Shown one piece after another: positions 53,109 to 62,508 of a stretch of DNA of 64,000 bases; position 1 is the first letter of the stretch, and each line of letters begins with the position of its first letter. Under the pieces are notes generated by a model that was not told the origin of the DNA, did no database searches, and worked only from the letters and a program-made list of their open reading frames with translations. The stretch is taken from the NCBI GenBank assembly GCA_963678065.2, contig CAXXVZ010000002.1:352001-416000 (forward strand). Reading direction: 5' to 3'. This stretch comes from Treponemataceae bacterium (GTDB lineage: Bacteria > Spirochaetota > Spirochaetia > Treponematales > Rectinemataceae). Position numbers and translations under genes: made by a program.

Positions 53109-54145
53109 GCGGCCACCTCCTTGAGCAGGCGGCGCTGCCGCCACACCGACAGGAAGCGCTCGGCCGAGATGAGGAGAATGATGACGGCCTGGATGACGGC
53201 AACGGTCTCGGCGGGCACATCGCTGCGCCGCGCCATGATGTCGGCCCCGATACGGATATACGCGAGGAAGAGGGCGGCCCCGAATACGGCCTCGGGCTTG
53301 TTCTTGGCGAGCATGGCGACGAGGGCGCCGTCGAGGCCGAGCCCGGTCGGCGAGGCCCAGCGGAACCTGTTGTACATGCCGAGGACTTCGACCGAGCCGC
53401 CCAGACCCGCGATGGCGCCAGCGACGAGGTGGGCCGCCATGACCGTACCGACAGCGTCGATGCCGGCGTACTCGGTGAAGCGACGATTCAGACCTATCAT
53501 TCTGATCGAGTATCCCGCGCGGCTGCGGTAGAGAAAAATGGAAACCAGGACCACCGCGGCGAGGGCCACGACCAAGCCCCAGTGGACCCTCGTGCCGGGG
53601 ATGAGCGCGGGAAGCCTGGCCGCGGCGGGGAATTCGAAGGAAGTTATGTCCGAGGTCGCGGGATCGCGCAGATAATAATTCAGGGCATAGAGCCCCAAAC
53701 CCGCGAAGATGCTGTTGAACATCAGCGAGGTGACGAGCTCGTTCGCATTCCATTTGGCCTTCATGAGCCCCGGAAGGGCGGTGCCGGCCATGCCGGCGAG
53801 AATGCCCGCGAGGAGGCCGGCGACGGGCAGCGCCACAGGTCCCAGCGGACAATAAAGGGCCACCACGGAGGCGGCGAGGCCGGCGATATAAAAACACCCC
53901 TCGGCGCCGAGGTTGAAGAGGCCGGCCTGGAAAAATACAGCCGTCGAGAGGCCTGTGAACGTCAGAGGAATCGCGAGTTCGACGACGTTGCCGATATACC
54001 GCCAGGAAAGAAGGGGCCGTACCGCGAAATTGAGGAGAGTCTCGAAGGGGCTCTTGGAAACAAAGAGGATGAGGATGAAGGCGATGAGGAGGGCGATGCC
54101 GACCGCAACCAGAGTCCTGACTCTCTCGAAGCGTTTTTCATTCAT
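53105..54145 (-). CDS. Nucleoside ABC transporter permease
   Basis: FNLGAEG, NELVTSLMFN, YAGI motifs. Confidence 0.9.
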   Translation of the reverse strand: MNEKRFERVRTLVAVGIALLIAFILILFVSKSPFETLLNFAVRPLLSWRYIGNVVELAIPLTFTGLSTAVFFQAGLFNLGAEGCFYIAGLAASVVALYCPLGPVALPVAGLLAGILAGMAGTALPGLMKAKWNANELVTSLMFNSIFAGLGLYALNYYLRDPATSDITSFEFPAAARLPALIPGTRVHWGLVVALAAVVLVSIFLYRSRAGYSIRMIGLNRRFTEYAGIDAVGTVMAAHLVAGAIAGLGGSVEVLGMYNRFRWASPTGLGLDGALVAMLAKNKPEAVFGAALFLAYIRIGADIMARRSDVPAETVAVIQAVIILLISAERFLSVWRQRRLLKEVAA

Positions 54146-55700
54146 GGACGACCGCCTTTCCCCTCGCAGGCTTTTCCTGCCTCTTGAGGCCGAGCATATA
54201 AAGGCCGAGTTCTTCTTCCGAGAGTTCCGAAGGGCGATCTACTTCGGCCACGATCTCTCCCTCGAAGAACACAATGAGTCGATCGCTCAGCTCGAGGACC
54301 TCGTTGATATCGGCGGAGACCATGAGGATGGCCGCCCCCGCGTCGCGCATCGCGAGGAGTTCGCGGTGTATCGTCTCAGCCGCCCCCACATCCACGCCCC
54401 GCGTGGGCTGCTCGGCGATGAGAAGAGAAGGATGGCTCGAGCATTCCCTCCCGACGACAACCTTCTGCACGTTGCCGCCGGAGAGCATCGAAATCTTCTG
54501 TTCCGGCCCCGGACTCGCGATCTCGTATTTCTCGATCACAGCCTTCGCGTTCGCGTTCACGGCCCGCGCCCGCATAAAGGGTCCCGACCAGAAGAGCGGC
54601 TCCCTGAGACGATTTGCGAGGAGATTCTCCGTGATGCTTCCCTCCATCGCCGATCCGACCTTGATGCGGTCCTCGGGGATATAGGAGACCCCGAGCGAGC
54701 GAATCCGGTCGATCTTCCCGCCGAGTATCGGCGTTTCGCCGACTGTGACACTGCCAGAGTCGGGAAGGACAGCTCCAGTCAGGATGTCGACGAGCTCGCG
54801 CTGGCCGTTGCCCTCGATGCCGGCGACGCCGAGGATCTCGCCGTCGCGCAACTCGAAGGACACAGCCTTGAGCGCCTTCTTCTTCGCCGAGACCGCCGCG
54901 TGGGAGAGGCCCTCGACCCTGAGACGGGGAAGCCCCCGGTGCGATGGCTTCTTGTCGAACGAGGCGGCCACGTCGCGGCCGACCATGCGGCGCGAGAGTT
55001 CTGCCTCCGAGACCGAGGAAGCCTCGAAGGTGCCGAGCGTCTCGCCCCGCTTGATGACGGTGATGCGGTCGCTTATCCGCTTCACCTCCTTGAGCTTGTG
55101 GGAGATGAAGATGATCGTGTGCCCCAGAGCCTTGAGCTTCCTGAGCTCGCCGAAGAGCTCCTCGGCTTCCTGCGGCGTGAGAACGGCCGTCGGCTCGTCG
55201 AGGATGAGGATAGTCGCGCCACGATAGAGGGCCTTGAGTATCTCGAGCTTCTGCATCATGCCGACAGAGATATCCGCCACCCTCGCGGCGCCGTCGATCG
55301 GCAAGCCATAGGCGGCGGACACCTCGGCGGACATGGACAAAGCCTTGGCCGCGTCGACGAAGAGACCTCCCTTCCGGGGCTCCACGCCGAGGAAAAGATT
55401 TTCCGCGACGGTGAGGGATGGCACGAGCATGAAGTGCTGGTGAACCATGCCGATACCGCGGGCTATCGCGTCGCGCGGAGAAGCGATGCGGGTCTCCACA
55501 CCACGGACGAGTATGCGTCCCCTGCTCGCCTGCTCGAGGCCATACAGGATCTTCATGAGCGTCGTCTTTCCGGCCCCGTTTTCACCGCAGATAGCGTGTA
55601 TCTCACCCTCCCGGAGGGTAAAATCGATGTTCCGGTTGGCGACGACGCCATTTTCATAGACTTTGGTTATGCCCTCGAGCACGAGGAGATCGGCTTGCAC
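54138..55700 (-). CDS. Nucleoside/sugar (CUT2) ABC ATPase with tandem domains
   Basis: GENGAGKT, HQHFML, DEPTAVL, LSGGNVQK, QPTRGVD. Confidence 0.93.
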   Translation of the reverse strand: MQADLLVLEGITKVYENGVVANRNIDFTLREGEIHAICGENGAGKTTLMKILYGLEQASRGRILVRGVETRIASPRDAIARGIGMVHQHFMLVPSLTVAENLFLGVEPRKGGLFVDAAKALSMSAEVSAAYGLPIDGAARVADISVGMMQKLEILKALYRGATILILDEPTAVLTPQEAEELFGELRKLKALGHTIIFISHKLKEVKRISDRITVIKRGETLGTFEASSVSEAELSRRMVGRDVAASFDKKPSHRGLPRLRVEGLSHAAVSAKKKALKAVSFELRDGEILGVAGIEGNGQRELVDILTGAVLPDSGSVTVGETPILGGKIDRIRSLGVSYIPEDRIKVGSAMEGSITENLLANRLREPLFWSGPFMRARAVNANAKAVIEKYEIASPGPEQKISMLSGGNVQKVVVGRECSSHPSLLIAEQPTRGVDVGAAETIHRELLAMRDAGAAILMVSADINEVLELSDRLIVFFEGEIVAEVDRPSELSEEELGLYMLGLKRQEKPARGKAVVHE

Positions 55701-55723
55701 AGGAACCTCCAGGTTACTTCAAT

Positions 55724-55755
55724 CGTTCACCCCTTCCTCGAGGAAGGGGTGAACG
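55724..55755. repeat. Perfect 32-bp palindrome between the BMP and ATPase genes
   Basis: CGTTCACCCCTTCCTC followed directly by its reverse complement GAGGAAGGGGTGAACG. Confidence 0.85.
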
Positions 55756-55809
55756 CATTTTACACCGCTCGAAGGCCGAGCATTATCCGGTAGCGGTCAA
55801 TTGGCGTTT

Positions 55810-56898
55810 TCAAGGCTTGACGGAATCCCGGAGCGCCTTGACCTGCTCGCTCGTCATGTCGAAGGCCGAATCGACCTTGATGGTGCCCGACGATATGCCG
55901 GCCTCGATCTTGTCGAGCTTGGCGCGGATGTCGGCGGGGATCGCGAGATAGTAGGAGTTCTTGGCGAGCCCGACCGCGCCGGCCTTCACGCCGAGGACTT
56001 CGTGCGTTCCGTAGGGCAGGTTCCCCGCGATGTGCATCTTGACCGCGCGGAGGATGGCCTCGTCGATGCGCTTTACGGTAGACGTGAGGATGTGCTGGGC
56101 CTTGACGGGATCGGTGTCGCTGAAGAGGGCGGCCTGATCGGAATCGACTCCGATGGCGTAGCGATTCTTTTCCTTGGCCGCGTCGATGAGGCCGAGGCCG
56201 GTGCCGCCCGCGACGTTGTAGGAGATGTCGACGCCCTGATTGTACTGGACGAGGGCGAGCTCTTTCCCCTTCGCCGGATCGGTGAAGCTCCCGGCGTAGG
56301 AGACGAAGACCTTCACGCTTTTGTCCACGTAGCGCGCGCCCTCGATGTAGCCCACGAGGAAGTCGTTGATGCCGGGTATATCCATGCCGCCGAGAAAGCC
56401 TATCGTCTTCTCGGGATTGGCGAGGGACATCTTCGAAGTGGTGACGAGGGCGGCCGCGGCCCCCGCGAGGAAGCCGACATCGTTCGTCGAGTAGAACATC
56501 GAGTAGACATTCTTCGGCGTCGCTTCGATGGATGTGTCGAAATTGATGAAGCGCTTGTTCGGATACTTCACCGCGGTGGCGTTCATGAGCTCGGTTATGG
56601 TATTGCCCGAAATGATGATATCCCAGGGCCCTTCGATGGCGTCGAGGAGACTGGGCTCCCACTTGGTGGAATCGGTGCCGATCTCCACGACCTTCGTCTT
56701 CACGCCGAGCTGTTCCTTGACGAGAACCATGCCCTGGTTGGCGGCATCGAAAAAGGACTTATCGCCGAGGCGGCCGGGGACGAGGAGAATGACACCGATG
56801 TCTTTTTTTGCCGGACCCGGCGCCGCCACGGCTTTCGCGCCAGGAATGGCGGCGAGAAGGGCGCAGAGGAGCCCAAAAACATACAGACTCTTTTTCAT
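55810..56898 (-). CDS. BMP-family nucleoside-binding protein
   Basis: GDKSFFD, GFLAG, GFLGG, AIGVDSDQ, LTSTVKR motifs; signal peptide. Confidence 0.92.
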   Translation of the reverse strand: MKKSLYVFGLLCALLAAIPGAKAVAAPGPAKKDIGVILLVPGRLGDKSFFDAANQGMVLVKEQLGVKTKVVEIGTDSTKWEPSLLDAIEGPWDIIISGNTITELMNATAVKYPNKRFINFDTSIEATPKNVYSMFYSTNDVGFLAGAAAALVTTSKMSLANPEKTIGFLGGMDIPGINDFLVGYIEGARYVDKSVKVFVSYAGSFTDPAKGKELALVQYNQGVDISYNVAGGTGLGLIDAAKEKNRYAIGVDSDQAALFSDTDPVKAQHILTSTVKRIDEAILRAVKMHIAGNLPYGTHEVLGVKAGAVGLAKNSYYLAIPADIRAKLDKIEAGISSGTIKVDSAFDMTSEQVKALRDSVKP

Positions 56899-56926
56899 AT
56901 GAACCTCCTTGAATATAAAACACTCT

Positions 56927-56941
56927 ACTTAACGTTTAAGT
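56927..56941. promoter_or_regulatory. Putative LacI-family operator of the nucleoside operon
   Basis: Near-palindrome ACTTAACGTTTAAGT with central CG between the BMP gene and a TTGACA at 56971-66; related sequence at ~57035-57049. Confidence 0.5.
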
Positions 56942-57146
56942 GATGATTATACGAGTTTCCCGATATGTCAACCAGAAAAAGACAATAATCGCGGAATTGT
57001 ATGGATAAAAATGCCATAAAATACCAAATCCACAACTTAAACACTTAATTATTTTATTTGTCATCCGTCGACAAAACCTCAAAGCCATGCTAAAGTATTA
57101 ACATAGCAGCCGCGGATGACAGCCGTCCCGCGGGGATAGAGGTCGC

Positions 57147-58169
57147 ATGACTCCGAAATTGAAAGACATCGCCAACCGCGCTCAGGTATCGACGGCCGCG
57201 GTCTCCCTTGCGCTCAACAACAAATCCGGCGTGAGCAAAGAAACCGCGGAACGGATCCAGAAAATCGCGAGAGATCTCAACTATTCGATTCCCCGGGGCA
57301 AACTCGAAAGCCTCGAGACAGTCCGCTTCATACAGATCAACAAGCCTGACCAGATTATCGACCCCCTCCACAAAGGGTTTATCGCCGACTATCTCAAAGG
57401 GCTCACGAGAGCCGCCAAGGCGAGCGGCTACAAACTCGAGGTCGTGACCTTCTCCGGCCGGACGATGGATGAGGCGGTCATGTCCTTCGAGGAAGACAGC
57501 CCGGCGGGAGCCGTCATCCTCGGGGCAGGCCTGTGGCCGGAGGATGTCCGCCGTTTCGAAGGCGTTTCGGCCCCTCTCGCCTTCATCGATGTCTGTTACG
57601 ACTTCCTGCCCTTCGACTTCGTCGACATGAACAACGCCGATTCGGTCTTCCAGATCATCTCGCACCTCGTCGAGATGGGGCATTCCCGGATAGGCATTGT
57701 CCAATCCTCGGACGAGACACCCAATTTCACCATGCGCGAGGAAGCTTTCCTGAAAATACTCGCGTTCAAGGGACTCTCATTCGATCCCAACCACCGCTAC
57801 GTGATTCCCAAGGACGCCGAAAACGAGTCCCCCGAGTTCGAGAGGCGGCTTGCGAAGGACAAGGACCTTCCGACAGCCTTGTTCTGCGTCAACGATACGA
57901 TCGCCCACCGCGCAGTGCAGATACTCAGGGGCCGCGGCATACGCGTGCCCGAGGACCTCTCGATCGTCGGTTTCGACAATCTGCCCTCGAGCGAATACAT
58001 GGATCCTCCCCTCACGACCATCGACATCCGCAAAGACCTCATGGGCGAACGCGCCTTCTACCTTCTCATGGAGCGGATGAGGCTCGGCATGAACAAGCCG
58101 GCGGAAAAGATCAAGATCGACGGCACTCTCGTGAGGCGGGCCAGTGTCGCCGCGCCGGCCCGGTCATAA
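57147..58169 (+). CDS. LacI-family transcriptional regulator
   Basis: LKDIA..VSxAAVSLALN HTH; VPEDLSIVGFD; PPLTTI. Confidence 0.94.
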   Translation: MTPKLKDIANRAQVSTAAVSLALNNKSGVSKETAERIQKIARDLNYSIPRGKLESLETVRFIQINKPDQIIDPLHKGFIADYLKGLTRAAKASGYKLEVVTFSGRTMDEAVMSFEEDSPAGAVILGAGLWPEDVRRFEGVSAPLAFIDVCYDFLPFDFVDMNNADSVFQIISHLVEMGHSRIGIVQSSDETPNFTMREEAFLKILAFKGLSFDPNHRYVIPKDAENESPEFERRLAKDKDLPTALFCVNDTIAHRAVQILRGRGIRVPEDLSIVGFDNLPSSEYMDPPLTTIDIRKDLMGERAFYLLMERMRLGMNKPAEKIKIDGTLVRRASVAAPARS

Positions 58170-58197
58170 ATCCGGGGAGCGCGGGCAAGACTATTTC

Positions 58198-59838
58198 TTA
58201 TCGCTCATCGACGATCGCGACCCAGGACGGCGACTCCCCCGGCCTCAATTCCAGAATGTGCCGTTCGCAGGCCAGCACCTCGTCCGGATCGTGGGTCACG
58301 TGGATGAGGGTCGAGCGACCGTGATCCGCGATCGCCCCGAGGAGGTCGAGGACGCGGCGGCGGTGCGCGGCGTCGAGGCCGTGGCAGGGTTCGTCCAGAA
58401 CGAGAAGGGCCGGACTCTTGATCGCGGCCCGCGCCACGAGAAGGGCGCGCTGTTCGCCGAAGGACAGATGTCCGAAACGCTCGCGTCCCCGGCCCGCGAA
58501 TCCGGCGAGAAAGAGCCAGTGCCGGGCAAGCGCGATCTGCGCGTCGCCGGCCTCGCAGTAGAGTCCGATCGAGTCGTGCAGTCCAGAGACGAGGACATCC
58601 TCCAGGCTGGAATCGTCGAGGTAGCGGTACTCCAAGTGGAGCCGGTACGAGACGATGCCCATGCGGGCCTTGATCTCCCAAACCGTCTCGCCCGTCCCGC
58701 GCCGCCGCCCGAACAAGCGAACATCGTTGCTGAAAGCCTGGGGATTGTCCCCGGTGATCAGCTCGAGGAGGGTCGTCTTGCCCGAGCCGTTGGGGCCGCG
58801 CACGAGCCAGTGCTCGCCTGCGCAGACCTTCCACGAGAGCGAGTCGAGCACCTTCCGCCCTGACCAGCCCACCGTGACATCGCGCAGCTCGACGAGAACG
58901 GTGTCGCGCCCCCCTCTCGGCGAGGGAGCGCCGGAGAGGGAACCTGCCTCGGCTTCGGCGACAGTCAGAGAGTCCAGGAACCCGGAACGTTCCGCACTCG
59001 CGGCGCGTTCCGCCTCGGCAGTCCTGGCCGCGAGAAGTCTCTCCCACTCCCCTCGCTCTCCCGCGAAGGAGATGGAAAGCCCCGACAGTTCGACAACGCG
59101 GTTGACCGCGCGCGGAATCCGCTCCCAGCGATCCGCCACGAGGACGAGGATGGGAGCGGTCCGCGCTGACGCACTGGCTTCCCGGGCGGTTCCGGATCTG
59201 CGGACAAAATCGACAACGCCGCCGGTTTCGACACCCTGGGCGGTTTCCTCCGCGAGGCGCCCGAGGATCCCATCCAGGACGGCTCGCGCCCCGGCATCGA
59301 GCCCCTCGTAGGGCTCGTCCAGAACGAGGAGCTCAGGCTCGGCCGCGAGAGCCTGAGCGAGGAGTGTCCGCCTGATCTCCCCGGTGGACAGGCGCTTGAG
59401 CCCCCGGTCCAGGATTGGCCCGATGCCGCAGGCCAGGACCGCCGGGTGCGACTCGAGCCCGGCACCGTCGGGATACTGCGCTCCGATACGGGCGGCTAGT
59501 GCCCGGACAATGAAGCGCCGGACGGGTGTGCCCGGATCGATTCCGCCCTCCACGAAATCCGAGTCGTCGTTCGCGCGCTCGCGCTCGATGACGGCGGCGG
59601 CTTCCTCGAAGGAAACGAGGATGGACTTTCCGGAAAACTCATTCCGGACCACGCCGCCCGCCTGCGCCCGGACGGGGAGCGCGCCCGCGAGAGCCGCGGC
59701 GAAGGCGCTCTTGCCCCCGCCATTCGGCCCCGTCACGACCCAGGCCTCGCCGGATCGCAACTCCCAGTCGATCCCGGAAAGAATGGGCGCTCCAGGTTGC
59801 CCTATCGCACAGTTCGCGAAGCTGATCAGGCTTTCCAC
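58198..59838 (-). CDS. ModF-like ABC ATP-binding protein (two ATPase domains)
   Basis: GPNGGGKS and GPNGSGKT, LSTGE and LSFGE, TGDNPQ motifs. Confidence 0.85.
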   Translation of the reverse strand: MESLISFANCAIGQPGAPILSGIDWELRSGEAWVVTGPNGGGKSAFAAALAGALPVRAQAGGVVRNEFSGKSILVSFEEAAAVIERERANDDSDFVEGGIDPGTPVRRFIVRALAARIGAQYPDGAGLESHPAVLACGIGPILDRGLKRLSTGEIRRTLLAQALAAEPELLVLDEPYEGLDAGARAVLDGILGRLAEETAQGVETGGVVDFVRRSGTAREASASARTAPILVLVADRWERIPRAVNRVVELSGLSISFAGERGEWERLLAARTAEAERAASAERSGFLDSLTVAEAEAGSLSGAPSPRGGRDTVLVELRDVTVGWSGRKVLDSLSWKVCAGEHWLVRGPNGSGKTTLLELITGDNPQAFSNDVRLFGRRRGTGETVWEIKARMGIVSYRLHLEYRYLDDSSLEDVLVSGLHDSIGLYCEAGDAQIALARHWLFLAGFAGRGRERFGHLSFGEQRALLVARAAIKSPALLVLDEPCHGLDAAHRRRVLDLLGAIADHGRSTLIHVTHDPDEVLACERHILELRPGESPSWVAIVDER

Positions 59839-60773
59839 GATCCCTCCGGATAGACCCGCTCGAGGATGGCGGTCACGGCGGACTTCATCTTTCCGGACGC
59901 GCTTTCAGGGACACGGAGCAGCCCGGAGCCCCCACGCTCTGGCCGCATGACAAAGCCGATATCGTAGTCCCCGAATCCGGCGCCGGCCTCGTACTGCACG
60001 AGACCTTCGGCGAAGGGGCTGTTCTCGAGGACGATGCGGGGCACGAGCCCCAGACCGAGTCCCAGCCGCGCAAAAGCCAGAACAGCCTCGTTGCCGGCAG
60101 TCTCGGCGGCGATGTGGGGCTTGACTCCGGCGTGCCGCGCCCAGCGATCAAACCGCGCCCTGGCCAAGCCCGCGAGCGGCAGAATGAGAGGAACCGTACC
60201 GAAGACAACCTTCAGACGCTTCTCGCCTGCGAGGTCGAGCGCCCCGTAGGGGCCCCGCCCCGACGACACGAACACCAGCGGAGTCCGCCGGACCGAGTAG
60301 GAAACAAGGTCGACAAAACCGCCTTCCGGCAATGCGGCGAGGGCGAGATCGGCCTTGCCCTCGCGCACCGCGTTCTCGGCCCCCGCCGGATCGCCTGTCT
60401 CCACGGCGAGCCTGAGTTCCGGATGCTCGCTGTGCATGGCCTCGGCGAAAGGTGGAAGTATCGAGTAGCAGGCTGTCACCGAGGCATAGACCCGGAGCGT
60501 CCCGCGCAGCCGCCCGTCGCCTGAATCCAGCGACAGCCGCAGCTCGTCCCGCCGCCTGAGGCTCTCCTCGGCAAACGAAAGGAAGGTCGAACCCTCTGCG
60601 GTCAGATCGACGCGCCGGGTGTCCCGCTCGAAGAGCCTGACGCCCAGCTCATCCTCCAGCCGGCCGAGGAGCCTGGAGAGCCCAGAGGGGCTCGTGTGAA
60701 CGGCAGCCGCCGCGCGCGCGAAGTGCAATGTCCGGGCGAGTACGACAAAGGCTTCGAGTTCGTGGAAATCCAT
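59826..60773 (-). CDS. ilvY: LysR-family regulator IlvY
   Basis: LHFARAA HTH, ASVTACYSILP, TGD, AGNEA motifs; near a long-form ilvC. Confidence 0.82.
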   Translation of the reverse strand: MDFHELEAFVVLARTLHFARAAAAVHTSPSGLSRLLGRLEDELGVRLFERDTRRVDLTAEGSTFLSFAEESLRRRDELRLSLDSGDGRLRGTLRVYASVTACYSILPPFAEAMHSEHPELRLAVETGDPAGAENAVREGKADLALAALPEGGFVDLVSYSVRRTPLVFVSSGRGPYGALDLAGEKRLKVVFGTVPLILPLAGLARARFDRWARHAGVKPHIAAETAGNEAVLAFARLGLGLGLVPRIVLENSPFAEGLVQYEAGAGFGDYDIGFVMRPERGGSGLLRVPESASGKMKSAVTAILERVYPEGSWKA

Positions 60774-60794
60774 GCGGCGGAGTGTAGACAAAAA

Positions 60795-60840
60795 ATGACA
60801 TTCCAGCAATAGTTGTATGTTTTTGTTTCATTACCAGCAG
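60795..60840 (+). promoter_or_regulatory. Degenerate IlvY tandem-operator-like site next to ilvY
   Basis: Same 46-bp spacing and shared cores as 62310-62355. Confidence 0.45.
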
Positions 60841-60939
60841 TCATGATCCAGCCATGCTACCCTTTCGGGGCCACCGCAAAGACTATCGATCGGCAGACTG
60901 CAGTCCCGGTATACGCACATTTTTTGATCAGGAGAAAAC

Positions 60940-62238
60940 ATGCGAAAACCAGCGTCACGAAGAAAAAAGAGCGGTCCGAGACTCTGGCTGTACAGGTCTG
61001 CAATCGCCGCGCTCGCGCTCGCTCTGCTCTCGCTTGTTCTGCTCTCCCGCCCGGGACCCGGCGAGATCGAGTCGACGGAGGTCAACGCGGCGGATCTCGG
61101 CTACTACCGCGAGAGCTGGGAGGCGTCGAGGGTCCAGTTCCGCGAGCTGACCGAAATCGCCAGGCGCAGGTACAAAGGCGTGGAATCGGGTGTCATTCCC
61201 GTGCCGGACCGCGTCGATGCGGACCTCGCCGTTGACTGGCTCTATGTGCCACCTGTAGGTTCGCCTACAGGCGCGCCATCGGGCGGGAAGCGCGTCCTCG
61301 TGGTAGTGAGCTCGGGCGTCCACGGCGCGGAGGGCTTCGCCGGGAGCGCCGTGCAGGCGCAGCTCCTCACGGAATATCTCCCCGGAGCCGATCTCGGCGC
61401 AACGGGCTTTCTCTTCATCCACGGCATCAACCCCTACGGCATGAAGCACTGGCGTCGCTTCACGGGAAACAACGTCGACCTGAACCGCAACTCGCCTGTC
61501 ACTCCGGGGGTCTACGCGACACCCAACGCGGAGTACGGCAAACTGGATGCCTTCCTCAATCCCGCAGGCAAGGTCGATCTGCGCCGCCTGTCCGAGAAGG
61601 CTTTCGACCTCAGAATGATGTGGCTCGTCGTCACAAGAGGAAAAAAGGCCTTCCGTCAGGCGAGCGTCGGCGGCCAGTACGATTATCCGGATGGCATCTT
61701 CTACGGCGGGGCAGCCCCCGAGCCGCAGATGCCCGCGATCGGCGATCTCATCCGCTCGAAGGCCGCACCTTACAGCTCGATCCTCGGTCTCGATCTCCAC
61801 ACGGGAGTCGGTCGCCGATCCTACATGCACCTCATGACGAACGCCGGGAAGGACGAAGCGTACCACAAGCGCGCCGAATCCATATTCTCCGGGCATCCCC
61901 TCGACTGGCCCGAGGGCGACGACTTCTACCTCACCTCCGGCGACTTCACCACCTGGCTCGAGGCGATAGCATCGCCGCGTCCGGCCATCGCCGTCACCGT
62001 GGAGTTCGGCACTCTCGATTCGCAGACGACGCGGGGCGCCATCAGGAGCCTGTGGAACATGATCCACGAGAACCAGGGCAGGCGCTTCGGCTACGCGCGG
62101 GCCGCAGATGCGCGCCGCGTAGCCGAGAATTATCGCGAGATGTTCTTCCCTTCCTCGCGGGTGTGGCGCTCGGAGGTACTCCGGCAATCCCGCGAAAGCC
62201 TTTTCCCCGCGATTCGCCGCGCGAGTGCGCTACAGTGA
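60940..62238 (+). CDS. DUF2817 / M14-like zinc carboxypeptidase, membrane-anchored
   Basis: SGVHGAEG, NPYG, NVDLNRN, DLHTG, EFGT motifs; N-terminal TM helix. Confidence 0.88.
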   Translation: MRKPASRRKKSGPRLWLYRSAIAALALALLSLVLLSRPGPGEIESTEVNAADLGYYRESWEASRVQFRELTEIARRRYKGVESGVIPVPDRVDADLAVDWLYVPPVGSPTGAPSGGKRVLVVVSSGVHGAEGFAGSAVQAQLLTEYLPGADLGATGFLFIHGINPYGMKHWRRFTGNNVDLNRNSPVTPGVYATPNAEYGKLDAFLNPAGKVDLRRLSEKAFDLRMMWLVVTRGKKAFRQASVGGQYDYPDGIFYGGAAPEPQMPAIGDLIRSKAAPYSSILGLDLHTGVGRRSYMHLMTNAGKDEAYHKRAESIFSGHPLDWPEGDDFYLTSGDFTTWLEAIASPRPAIAVTVEFGTLDSQTTRGAIRSLWNMIHENQGRRFGYARAADARRVAENYREMFFPSSRVWRSEVLRQSRESLFPAIRRASALQ

Positions 62239-62309
62239 CCGGTTCCCGTCACCGCCAGACGCATCCAATTGCCAGGCCCCTGCGTCCGGGCCGGCAATTG
62301 TGGATATAA

Positions 62310-62355
62310 TTGCATGAGCATCAACAGAAACATGAAAATGTTTCACTTTACGCAA
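62310..62355 (+). promoter_or_regulatory. Putative IlvY tandem operator upstream of ilvC
   Basis: TTGC-N7-TCAA-N7-ATGAAAATGTTTCACTTTACGCAA; contains a LysR T-N11-A box and resembles the enterobacterial ilvYC operator layout as I recall it. Confidence 0.6.
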
Positions 62356-62508
62356 CGCAGGCGATGGGTATATACATAGAGAAAGATCAGGCTGCCCCGT
62401 TGCCCCCTTCGGGCAAGGGGCTTTCCGGGCCAGGGCCCGTACCGGAACGACCGATATCGGAAACACGCGCGCGCCCAAAGACGCGCACCGTATAAAGGAG
62501 AGAACCGC

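Noticed and set aside
62394..62421. Hairpin in the ilvC leader as an attenuator or T-box
   Set aside because: No Ile/Leu/Val-rich leader peptide or T-box motif; IlvY control explains the region better
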